A DNA stretch of 64,000 nucleotides from a virus, in IMG/VR virus record IMGVR_UViG_3300025141_016680, positions 34,045 through 98,044 of that record. The stretch is one strand, 5' to 3'. The translations under genes were made by a program, and so were the position numbers. Below the pieces are notes generated by a model that saw nothing but the letters and a program-made list of their open reading frames with translations, made no database searches and was not told the origin of the DNA. This document shows positions 27,710 through 36,732 of the stretch, piece after piece (positions within the stretch are counted from its first letter, which is position 1; the number at the start of each line of letters is the position of its first letter).

Positions 27710-29077
27710 TTATTTATCTTCAACAAGAGCGTGTCCTATAGAAGTAATAGATCTTAATGAAGACATACTGTTTCGAATAGCCAAGTATGCACTAGCTAGC
27801 GGAATGTATTTCTCTGTTGATTGAAATATGTCTTTAATCACCTTGTCAATTGGTGAGCTTGGTTCTTCTATGTCTATTCTTCCTGCCTCCAGACAGCCAT
27901 GTCTAATAAATGACTGGTACATCCTAAGTGATGTATCTATCTGCTCAATGCATGTTCTTTCTTTGCTTATAAGATTACTTCCCACACTAATCATAACTCT
28001 TTCACCAGAGAGAGACATTATCCTCTTTTCAAACAGACTTCTCGCCTCTCCTGTTCTCTTCTCATCTTTTTCACTTTTTAAATAATCTAGCTGTCTTCTT
28101 ACAGAATTTCTTGAATCAGGATTGAATACTGAAGTCTGATTTTCTGATATATGGATGCTAGAGATCACCGGTAATTCTTCCTTGATGGCTGTGGATATTA
28201 ATTCTCCCTTGTAAGAAGAAACAATATCTGTGCCGCATGTTGCAGCAATATCATTTAAAATATTAACAGTCTCCTCTGTGAGACCAACAGCGATAGGAAT
28301 TACATCTAGGGTTCGTCTTTGTGTGTTTACAAAGATTGTTTGTAACACATCGGGCTTAAACTCTCTTGCAAATATTGCATAAGGCTCTTTATTTTCAGAC
28401 GCTCGCTCTAGCAAGTGATGAATTTCAGAGACAGATTCTATCATTCCATCGATGAGTATAACTCTTACATCCCTTCTCTTCCAGACCTTCTTACCCATTA
28501 AAAAGTGATAGTCTACACCCACATTAAACTGGTAACCGCTTACCTTCTCAATTACTGTGTGTGACCTCTGCGACTTCTCTACATGCATTGATGTATTGGG
28601 CCCTGCAAGCTCTATTGATTTATCTAAGATTTGCTTTGTGCCCGGATCGAGATTTTGACTGCTTGTAATAGTTTTCCAAATATTTCCATCTAGTGTCTGA
28701 CCGTGATTATAGATTTCTTTAAGCCAGCGTTTCTCTGTTTCTTCTAACTCACTAATCATCTGACGATGACTGCACCCACCTGCTAAAAGTTTCATACAGG
28801 GATGAAGTGATTTTACTAAGATCTGAAAGCAAAGATTTCCGCTAGCACCAGAAATCAGCTCAGCGCTTGTGCAGGCATCAAGAATAATTGGCTGTATTAA
28901 CCTATTGTGAAATCCCTTATCCTTAAAATAGATGTAAGATTGCAAAGGCTCTGTGCTAACAAAATTACCTCGAAAGATATTTTTGCTTCTATTAGTTAGC
29001 TCTAGCTTTTGAATTAGATCTACTTGTGCTAAAAGATCCCTTCTAAAAGCAGCCTGGTTTAATCCCTTTACGAACAT
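27710..29077 (-). CDS. Divergent group I chaperonin (GroEL-like) lacking the GDGTT motif
   Basis: Apical-domain match VILIDGMIESVSEIHHLLERASENKEPYAIFARE..DVLQTIFVN, LNDIAATCGTDIVSS, EKRIMSLSG. Confidence 0.75.
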   Translation of the reverse strand: MFVKGLNQAAFRRDLLAQVDLIQKLELTNRSKNIFRGNFVSTEPLQSYIYFKDKGFHNRLIQPIILDACTSAELISGASGNLCFQILVKSLHPCMKLLAGGCSHRQMISELEETEKRWLKEIYNHGQTLDGNIWKTITSSQNLDPGTKQILDKSIELAGPNTSMHVEKSQRSHTVIEKVSGYQFNVGVDYHFLMGKKVWKRRDVRVILIDGMIESVSEIHHLLERASENKEPYAIFAREFKPDVLQTIFVNTQRRTLDVIPIAVGLTEETVNILNDIAATCGTDIVSSYKGELISTAIKEELPVISSIHISENQTSVFNPDSRNSVRRQLDYLKSEKDEKRTGEARSLFEKRIMSLSGERVMISVGSNLISKERTCIEQIDTSLRMYQSFIRHGCLEAGRIDIEEPSSPIDKVIKDIFQSTEKYIPLASAYLAIRNSMSSLRSITSIGHALVEDK

Positions 29078-29080
29078 AAA

Positions 29081-31018
29081 TCATGAATCTCTCCACAGAT
29101 TATTGGCTGCAAATGTTAGCACTTCTTCTGCAGAGTATTCATTATACCCATATTCATCAATTAATGTTTTCACCATTTCTGTGTATTTCTTTTTCTGATC
29201 TTCATCACGAGATTTGCTTCTTGTAACAATTCTTGCAATATCCTTCACAGAGGTGATCAAATAGCCTTCAATTGCTTCCTTGAGTGGGCCGTAACTGGTA
29301 TAATCCACTTTCTTACCACGTCTCATTTTTGCAAACATATAGGCAGTTACATCGCTTCTAAATCCATCTCTAGAAGATCCTACGATTCCAATTTGCTCCT
29401 CAATTGATCGCATAAAAGTTTCATCAGGATCTCTCTCTTCTCTAGTGATTTTATCCTTAACCTTGGCAGCAGTTGTGTAGCATTCAGCATTGTCAAGATA
29501 AGAATCAAATAAAGACTGCGCCTGCTCCTCATACGCTGCTATGAATGCCTTAGCAATTTCATTCTCAAGAATGTTTAGATATTCCTCTCGAACAATTTTC
29601 TGAAGTATTTCAAGATAGAAGTCTTTCTTCTCCTCAGAAACAATTTGCTCTTTAACTTGCTTAATCAGTGCCTCGATGACAGAATTTGGTGTCATCATAT
29701 TCTTTTCAGAATCTGACAAAGCATTATCAAGTGACTTCATTATAAACCTTGTTGAAATTCCATCCAGGCCTTCATGCATGGCTTCGTCTCTTAAATCTCT
29801 GATGTCTATTTTTTTAATTCTTCCATTCTCAATGACATCCTCGCCATTGTATATTTTCATCTTTGTTAGCAAATCACACTTTTGTGAAACTTGCAATCTT
29901 GACATAACAGAAAACATAGAAGCGATTTCAAGTGTATGTGGAGCAATATGTGCTGTTCTAAAATCAGATCTGTTTATCATTTTTTGATAAATCTTTACTT
30001 CTTGATCCAATTCAAGAATGTACGGTACTTCAATTTTAAGAATTCTATCGAGAATTGCCTCATTCGTGTGTTCAGACTTAAATCTATTCCATTCAGCTTC
30101 ATTACAATGAGAAAGAATAACTCCGTCAAAATAAATCATTGCATTCTTTCCAGGTGACGGAACTCTTTTTTCTTGTGTGGCAGTAAGAATTGTGTGAAGA
30201 AACTCTATCTCATTCTTAAAAATCTCAACAAACTCGACAATTCCTCGATTTCCAACATTAAATGCACCATTAAGAGAAAGAACTCTGGGATCATCTTCAG
30301 AGTACATATCTAGCTTTGAAATATCCTCAGTTCCAACCAGGATACTAACATCTTGACTATTTGCGTCCATTGGTGGAACAACAGCTATTCCTCTGCGGCC
30401 TCTTTGTGAGAATGTAGCTGTTACAACAGGAAATTCTTCATACTTTCTTTGGTATTCATTGATTAGCTTGTGACGACATACAGGACATAGATCACCTTCT
30501 ATTTGAATACCGAGCATTTGTCCGAATTCTTCTCTCAAGCTTCTAGGTACTAGATGCAAAGGTTCCTCTCTAATCGGACAGCCTTCAAGATAATAGACTG
30601 GAGGAGCTGTCTCCAGAGCTCTTTTAATATGTTCAACCAGCGCCGATTTTCCAGCACCAACAGGTCCCATTAGCAGAAGAACTTGTCTACTTTCCTCTCC
30701 CTTAAGAGAAGCGGACTTCAAATATCTCATAACCTTAGAAATGACAGGTTCCATTCCAAAAAACTCTTCCCTAAAGTAATCGAATGTTTTGAGCCTTTCT
30801 CCATCGAATATCTTTCTCAGGCGCGGATCAGATTCATCAAGAATGTCCGTTCCCTTGTCAATTATTGATGCATACAACCTCTTATGAGATAGAGTAACAA
30901 TTTCAGGATTTTTTCTTAAAACCTCAAGATAGTCCAAGAGAGTTCCTGTAAATTTTTCAGATCTTGACTCTTTTCTCTTGTTTTGTATTAGGTCTAAGAA
31001 TGATTTATTTTGAGACAT
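29081..31018 (-). CDS. prkA: PrkA/YeaG family AAA+ serine kinase
   Basis: EEFFGME, LMGPVGAGKS, GCPIREEPL, NRGIVEFVE, GISTRF. Confidence 0.95.
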   Translation of the reverse strand: MSQNKSFLDLIQNKRKESRSEKFTGTLLDYLEVLRKNPEIVTLSHKRLYASIIDKGTDILDESDPRLRKIFDGERLKTFDYFREEFFGMEPVISKVMRYLKSASLKGEESRQVLLLMGPVGAGKSALVEHIKRALETAPPVYYLEGCPIREEPLHLVPRSLREEFGQMLGIQIEGDLCPVCRHKLINEYQRKYEEFPVVTATFSQRGRRGIAVVPPMDANSQDVSILVGTEDISKLDMYSEDDPRVLSLNGAFNVGNRGIVEFVEIFKNEIEFLHTILTATQEKRVPSPGKNAMIYFDGVILSHCNEAEWNRFKSEHTNEAILDRILKIEVPYILELDQEVKIYQKMINRSDFRTAHIAPHTLEIASMFSVMSRLQVSQKCDLLTKMKIYNGEDVIENGRIKKIDIRDLRDEAMHEGLDGISTRFIMKSLDNALSDSEKNMMTPNSVIEALIKQVKEQIVSEEKKDFYLEILQKIVREEYLNILENEIAKAFIAAYEEQAQSLFDSYLDNAECYTTAAKVKDKITREERDPDETFMRSIEEQIGIVGSSRDGFRSDVTAYMFAKMRRGKKVDYTSYGPLKEAIEGYLITSVKDIARIVTRSKSRDEDQKKKYTEMVKTLIDEYGYNEYSAEEVLTFAANNLWRDS

Positions 31019-31045
31019 GAGCAGTATTCCACAAATTTAAGTATA

Positions 31046-32353
31046 TCAAATCTCCCAAGGCTCGTCTTCTATTATTGTAAAGAATTTCACGTCCTTGGGC
31101 CATATTTTCTTCAATCCGAAAACAACAGTTTCTGCAAGTTCTAGATCGATATCTCTTCCATCATGATCATGCTGTAAAATTAAATCGCCTGACTTAGATA
31201 TATCAGAAACATAAACTAGTGGGATTGAGTTTACACCGATATTTTGCATCAGTGAATTTCTTATTTTTTTCCAACCCTCTTTATCAGCAACATCATCTAT
31301 CGTAATATACTTTTTCTTCTCAGAGTATGAGAATAGATTTAACTCAAGATAATCCTCATGCTCGAGATAACATCGCAATGCTGATTCATCATCATGAACT
31401 TCTCTGATGAAAAAGCACTCATCTAGTCCGACTTCTCTCTCTATTTTTTGAAATAGAAAAAATCCTAAGTGATACGGATTTAAGCGACCAATGTGTGGCC
31501 TGATTACCTGATTGTGACTTTTTAAAAAAGGTATATGATATTTTTGAGGAAGGTCTATTTCATTCATTAATTTATAGTGCCAAAAAGATGCCCAACCCTC
31601 ATTTAGAATTTTAGTCTTAATCTGTGGTATAAAATAATGAGACTCATCACGAACTATTTCAATAAGATCTTGCTGCCATCCCTTGAAATGAGAGCCAAAC
31701 TCCATTAAAAATGACATGAGATCATAGTCGGGCCTAAGAAGTGTAGAATCGAGCCTGCTTTCATCATAGAGGGCATTCTCTTCATTATTGATCTCTTGTA
31801 TGACCTCTAGCTTAATTTCTTCTCTGCTTTTTCTACGAAGATTACTTCTACTAGTCTGAAATCTTATGGTGTGTAAAACATCCAGAAAGTCTTCGACCTT
31901 TTTGAGCCCAATATTGGGGTCCTCTACATAAGATTGAATTCTTTTTCTTGCGTTTCTAAACTTTGAAACAACATTTTCTGGTCTCGTCTTTTCAAAAATT
32001 CTATTATTCTTAAAAAAATCACTATGCCCGACACAGTGTGCCATTATCAATATTTGAAGATAGACCGGATTCTGTCTCATGAGATAGGCAATTGAAGGGT
32101 CTGAATTGATTATCAGCTCATAGGGCAGGCCCTCCATACCCAAGTTATACATCTGGTGTGTTCTCTCAAATGACTTTCCGTATGACCAGTGTTGATAGTG
32201 AGAAGGCATGCCGTGATAAGACATGTGACCAATCATCTCATAATAATCGCAGACCTCATAGTTGATTGGATACCAGTCTAGCCCATATGTTCGTGCTTTC
32301 TCACAAATCTTGTCATCCCAAATCTTAAGATCATCAAAGGTCCAATCAGACAT
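31046..32353 (-). CDS. spoVR: SpoVR/YcgB family protein
   Basis: HWSYGKSF, YELIINSDP, AHCVGHSDFFKNN, TKILNEGWASFWH, NPYHLG. Confidence 0.95.
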   Translation of the reverse strand: MSDWTFDDLKIWDDKICEKARTYGLDWYPINYEVCDYYEMIGHMSYHGMPSHYQHWSYGKSFERTHQMYNLGMEGLPYELIINSDPSIAYLMRQNPVYLQILIMAHCVGHSDFFKNNRIFEKTRPENVVSKFRNARKRIQSYVEDPNIGLKKVEDFLDVLHTIRFQTSRSNLRRKSREEIKLEVIQEINNEENALYDESRLDSTLLRPDYDLMSFLMEFGSHFKGWQQDLIEIVRDESHYFIPQIKTKILNEGWASFWHYKLMNEIDLPQKYHIPFLKSHNQVIRPHIGRLNPYHLGFFLFQKIEREVGLDECFFIREVHDDESALRCYLEHEDYLELNLFSYSEKKKYITIDDVADKEGWKKIRNSLMQNIGVNSIPLVYVSDISKSGDLILQHDHDGRDIDLELAETVVFGLKKIWPKDVKFFTIIEDEPWEI

Positions 32354-33522
32354 TAAACTTTTCCTCCGAATATCTTTGTAAATTGGGGCCAAATATCATC
32401 CTTGCCACCGATATGAACTATTTTAAATTTTGAATCAGCAATTGGTAAATAGACATCTGCCATTCCCCCCTTGTGCCAAAATCCATCCTCTGTATCTCTC
32501 TCTGGGGTGACCTGAATGAAGCAATATAGTTGACAAATATTCTTTAGTGTCGAAGAGAGATCAATTGCCCGCTGATTGTCTTCTGGCCAGTTATCTCCGT
32601 CCGAACAGTGAAAAGCATAAATGTTCCAAGAGTTCTGATGATATCTTTTGGACACCACCTCTAGACATTTATTGATTCCTGTTGATACGAATGTGCCTCC
32701 GGCGCTACCTTTCTTAAAGAAATCATCCTCTGTCACCTCTTTGGCATCAATTGTATGAGAAATAAAAACTATTTCTGTGTGTGTGTACTTGTGTCGAAGA
32801 AAGTGATAAAGCAGAAAAAAGAAAGACCTTGCCAAGAATTTTTTGTTCTGACCCATCGATCCTGATGTGTCCATTATAAAGAAAATGACAGCATTGCTGC
32901 TTTCCTTAGGTGTGGGTTTGATGTGTTTATATTTCAGATCATCATCATGAAACGGGAATCTCTTTTCACTCTCTTTATCATATGTTCCAATTCTTTCTGC
33001 GACCTTTTGACGCCTAATTTTATTCTTGAGTGACTCCTTCTTAGAAAGCCTGGGTCTAATTCCCTTGCTACGATGCCCTTTTCTTTTCCACTTATCAGAC
33101 ACCATTCTTTTAAATTTTTTCTTTTCCAGATCGGGAAGGTTTAGACTGTCAAAAAGATAATGTGAAAGCTCTTCCAGTGTAATTTCAACATCATAAAATT
33201 CCTCACCAGAATCTTTTCCTGCTTTTCCTTCACCATTTTTATTCTCTTGCTTAGAGCCTACTGATTGGCCTCGTGATATGTTTTTTCCCGGTGCTGAGCC
33301 TACTGTTTTATTTTTTTCATTATTGCCAAATACAAACTTATATTCTTTAATACCTCTCACAGGTATTTTGATTTTCTTCTTTCCGTCCTGACCAATTATT
33401 GATTCATCTGAAACAATATTGTGCACACCATCTCTGATAGCTCTTTTTATCTTTTTCTTGTGTCGACTACGATCTGTGGCCGACCTATCAGCTGAAGTTT
33501 TGTGATTTCTGAAAATTGACAT
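32353..33522 (-). CDS. yeaH: YeaH/YhbH (UPF0229) vWA-domain protein
   Basis: DRSRHKKKI, IPVRGIKEYKF, MDTSGSMG (MIDAS), SDGDNW. Confidence 0.93.
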   Translation of the reverse strand: MSIFRNHKTSADRSATDRSRHKKKIKRAIRDGVHNIVSDESIIGQDGKKKIKIPVRGIKEYKFVFGNNEKNKTVGSAPGKNISRGQSVGSKQENKNGEGKAGKDSGEEFYDVEITLEELSHYLFDSLNLPDLEKKKFKRMVSDKWKRKGHRSKGIRPRLSKKESLKNKIRRQKVAERIGTYDKESEKRFPFHDDDLKYKHIKPTPKESSNAVIFFIMDTSGSMGQNKKFLARSFFFLLYHFLRHKYTHTEIVFISHTIDAKEVTEDDFFKKGSAGGTFVSTGINKCLEVVSKRYHQNSWNIYAFHCSDGDNWPEDNQRAIDLSSTLKNICQLYCFIQVTPERDTEDGFWHKGGMADVYLPIADSKFKIVHIGGKDDIWPQFTKIFGGKV

Positions 33523-33665
33523 TGCTGCCCAGTGTGAAAATTGAATTGTAAATTTTTCTTATTTTTCTATAAACATTTCTTATTGATCTGCTAAGATAAT
33601 AATAATCTAATAATTTAAATCTTTCTTCTTTCTTATTCTTTCTTATTCTACTATTATAATAAATA

Positions 33666-34097
33666 TTAAGTTTTAAAAACCAATGATTCTGCATACTGAA
33701 TAGCTGGTAACAGATAGTCAGGTAGAGATTCAAGTGCTTCTTCAAATGTAAGCCACTCATGACCTGTATGTTCTAAAATTCCTGTATCAGGATTGGGCAA
33801 AATAATAGGATCTTGCATAGTGCTAGCAACATAAGCATAGCCCTTTCCGTATTCTATCGGCTCAGAACCCCATTCAAAATTTAGATCTGTTATGCCAGCT
33901 TCTTCAGCTGTTTCTCTAATTGCTGCATCAAAGGGACTTTCTTCAGGTTCGATCAGACCTTTTGTTATGTCAAATTTTTTATTCCTCTTAAGACACAAAA
34001 TCTTGAAACCATCATCAAACTTTCTAATCACAACAATGCCTGCACTAATTTTGGGCACTTCAGTTTCAATTATTAGTCTTATTATCTCTCTGAGCAC
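33666..34097 (-). CDS. Nudix hydrolase (Ap4A-hydrolase-like) carrying the shared N-terminal leader
   Basis: Nudix box KGLIEPEESPFDAAIRETAEEAGI; EHTGHEWL; N-terminus MLREIIRLIIE. Confidence 0.9.
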   Translation of the reverse strand: MLREIIRLIIETEVPKISAGIVVIRKFDDGFKILCLKRNKKFDITKGLIEPEESPFDAAIRETAEEAGITDLNFEWGSEPIEYGKGYAYVASTMQDPIILPNPDTGILEHTGHEWLTFEEALESLPDYLLPAIQYAESLVFKT

Positions 34098-34107
34098 ATT
34101 CTAATTA

Positions 34108-34473
34108 TTATTTAGCCCTGCCAAAATCATCTTCAACCCTTACCACATCATCGATTTCAGTGGTAGAAACCTCTAATAGAGTAACCTGAGAATCTCTGGC
34201 TTCAAATCTATGAATTGTGTTAGGTGAGACGTGAAAGATCTCTCCAGGCCCAAGAGGACTAATTGTTAAATTACCCTCAGAGTTATTATGATGCAAGAAG
34301 AGAATGCCATCTAGAACTCTAATTGTCTCCTCTTTTTTCTCATGATATTGTAAGCTTAGCTTTTTATGAGGGTGAATATTCAGTATTTTTCCAACATAGT
34401 TTTCAGTTTTTGCCCAAATTTCTTCACTACCCCATGGCTTTTCAACAAATACTTTTTTCATTTTATTCCTCAC
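34108..34473 (-). CDS. Cupin (mannose-6-phosphate-isomerase C-terminal-like)
   Basis: KPWG, LSLQYHEKKEET, HRFEA, EVSTTEIDDVVRVEDDFGR. Confidence 0.85.
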   Translation of the reverse strand: MRNKMKKVFVEKPWGSEEIWAKTENYVGKILNIHPHKKLSLQYHEKKEETIRVLDGILFLHHNNSEGNLTISPLGPGEIFHVSPNTIHRFEARDSQVTLLEVSTTEIDDVVRVEDDFGRAK

Positions 34474-34526
34474 TTAAATGAAAAATAGGGTCTATCACTT
34501 AGTATACCTAATATTAGGACAGCCGT

Positions 34527-35321
34527 ATGAAAAATGTAACTCAAAAAGTAAGATTTTTAAAATTTATCAGATTTCATACTATTTTGATTACAATTTTTGC
34601 TGCATTTTTACTGCTAAAGGATAATCTATGGTTCAAGCAGGAGATGCCAGATAAAAACTTTATTAGTCTCATTATGACTAGAACGCACATGGATCAGTGC
34701 ATTGATACAGGCTGTATAGGAGAATACACAATACAGGATCTTGGAATGGCGACAGCTTCTGGTTTAGCCATAGGAACAATTAGCAATAAGACATACATTT
34801 TAACTGCAAATCACTTTTGTAACTCTGAGCAATATTCTCTGGGTATGTCTCCACTAGACGGATACATTATATCAAAAATTCATGTATCTGATGTCGATGG
34901 TAATTTATGGTCATCGAAGATTGTGTACGCTGATTTAAAATCTGATCTCTGCTTAATCGAATCAGAGATGTCAGCTGTTAATTCAATCAGGCTTTCGAGC
35001 ACGATGCCTGCAGTTGGAGAGAAAGTATTTGCACTGTCAGCCCCAGGAAGCATAGCTATGAAAGAGGTAGGGCTTCACCTAGAGGGATATTTTTCTGGAT
35101 GTGACTATCAAAACATGTGCTACTACACAATTCCATCAACGTTTGGAAGTTCGGGCAGCGTAATTCTCAATAGAAAGAGACAAATCATTGGAATGATTCA
35201 AATGTCGCCAAGAGACTTTAACTTTACGTCAATCGGTGTTGGTCTTGTGGCGATGAAAAGATTTCTTGAAAATGCATCTTCTGATTTAAAGATAGATCTC
35301 ATTAACTGGTCTGTTCAATAA
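34527..35321 (+). CDS. Trypsin-like serine protease with an N-terminal membrane anchor
   Basis: ILTANHFC, SDLCLI, FGSSGS catalytic-triad motifs. Confidence 0.88.
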   Translation: MKNVTQKVRFLKFIRFHTILITIFAAFLLLKDNLWFKQEMPDKNFISLIMTRTHMDQCIDTGCIGEYTIQDLGMATASGLAIGTISNKTYILTANHFCNSEQYSLGMSPLDGYIISKIHVSDVDGNLWSSKIVYADLKSDLCLIESEMSAVNSIRLSSTMPAVGEKVFALSAPGSIAMKEVGLHLEGYFSGCDYQNMCYYTIPSTFGSSGSVILNRKRQIIGMIQMSPRDFNFTSIGVGLVAMKRFLENASSDLKIDLINWSVQ

Positions 35322-35580
35322 TTCTTGCAATATAGATGCAAGCTCTATTTCTTTTATGTGCCTTATTCGGATTTTGACCGTGACCAGAGGTTAAGATTTT
35401 TGCGAGGTGTGGTTCCTGCCTCATTATTTTTCTCCATTGCTTTCTGAATTTCCTTTTCGATATTCTTCTAGCTTCAGAATCCATGGAGCTTAGCATCTCA
35501 ATAAGTTCATGTCCCGTAAATGCAGGAACCACACCCATTTCAAGCATCTTTAGCTTGGCAATAAATGACTTATCGTTCAT
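35302..35580 (-). CDS. Hypothetical basic protein
   Basis: ORF track; Lys/Arg-rich. Confidence 0.55.
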   Translation of the reverse strand: MNDKSFIAKLKMLEMGVVPAFTGHELIEMLSSMDSEARRISKRKFRKQWRKIMRQEPHLAKILTSGHGQNPNKAHKRNRACIYIARIIEQTS

Positions 35581-35696
35581 TTTTAAATACGGTTACTAAG
35601 GATCCAAGAGGATCCTTTTCACCTCTTCTATTATTGTTACTTATCTGATCCAAAAGGATCGAATAATTATAGAATGTTAAAGACGTCTTTACAACA

Positions 35697-36134
35697 ATGA
35701 GTAAAAAACTATACATCTCTAATTCGTTAGATTACACACCCATCCAGATGATGCTAATGTCTGAATTTTGTGTGTTTTGCATGCAACACTTGCCAGTCGA
35801 GGGAGATGTAAAAATATTGGTGGTCGATAACCGTGAAGATCATGGGATTAGCACCACAGGTGTTTACCACATCGGTGAGGGTTTGCTAAAGATCTACGCT
35901 AAAAATAGAGCGCTGGCAGATGTTTTAAGATCAATTGCACACGAATTGACTCACATGATGCAGGATGAGGTCGGGCTGATTCAAGGACCGGTGCAGGATG
36001 CTGGAGGTTTTCACGAGGACCAGGCCAACGCCAAGGCCGGGGAGATTATTAAGCTATTTGCTAAGAGCAAACCAGAGCGGAAAAAGATCTACGAATCAGT
36101 ACTTGCTAAAATGTTACTTGCTTCGCTTACGTAG
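35697..36134 (+). CDS. Putative HExxH zinc metallopeptidase
   Basis: LRSIAHELTHMMQ...HEDQANAKAG. Confidence 0.7.
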   Translation: MSKKLYISNSLDYTPIQMMLMSEFCVFCMQHLPVEGDVKILVVDNREDHGISTTGVYHIGEGLLKIYAKNRALADVLRSIAHELTHMMQDEVGLIQGPVQDAGGFHEDQANAKAGEIIKLFAKSKPERKKIYESVLAKMLLASLT

Positions 36135-36732
36135 AGGCAGGATCATATTTGCTAACGCTTTTAACTGTGATATGAACTGCGTTATTTTCCCGCTCAATTA
36201 AGGCTCTTAGCTTTACAGGAATGTTATCATTTTCTGACACGGCCTTCACCGCAGAGGCAATTTCATCAAGATTTGCACCGGAAACATCAAATGCTGTGCC
36301 ATCGCCGTGTCCAGCACGACCAATAAATCTATTGATTATAAGTCCCAGACCTTTTAGCTTCTTGTGTGCGACATCAAGATCATCGCTGGGCACATTCCTT
36401 TCTTTTGCATAATTCCTGATGATTCTATCCTGGTCCTCTTGTGTTCGAAGGCCTGACGTCAAACGTGATCCCGCAGGCAAATAAGGTTGCAACCACTTAA
36501 AAGCATTTTTTATCGCCGGAGTCAGCTTCACACCATCATTAATTCCGCTCTGATTGCGACTGACCTCTACTGCTACGCTTGTCGTCCTTGCTGGACTTCT
36601 AGCAGTTGTGGCTGCTTTCTCTCCCCGGCCTAAAGTAAATCCGGCGGCGCCCACCTTCTCCTGGAGTTCACTAGAGGTCTCATCAATAACCTCTTTAATA
36701 AGCAGCCTAATTTCCGCGGCAGAGAGAATCAT
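36127..36732 (-). CDS. Leader-bearing protein with an M15/LAS-like peptidoglycan peptidase domain
   Basis: MILSAAEIRLLIKE; LTSGLRTQEDQ, GHGDGTAFDVS, AVHI. Confidence 0.65.
   Translation of the reverse strand: MILSAAEIRLLIKEVIDETSSELQEKVGAAGFTLGRGEKAATTARSPARTTSVAVEVSRNQSGINDGVKLTPAIKNAFKWLQPYLPAGSRLTSGLRTQEDQDRIIRNYAKERNVPSDDLDVAHKKLKGLGLIINRFIGRAGHGDGTAFDVSGANLDEIASAVKAVSENDNIPVKLRALIERENNAVHITVKSVSKYDPAST

Noticed and set aside
33488-33760. 90-aa minus-strand ORF across the AT-rich gap
   Set aside because: It overlaps both neighbours out of frame, and its composition simply mirrors low-complexity AT-rich DNA.
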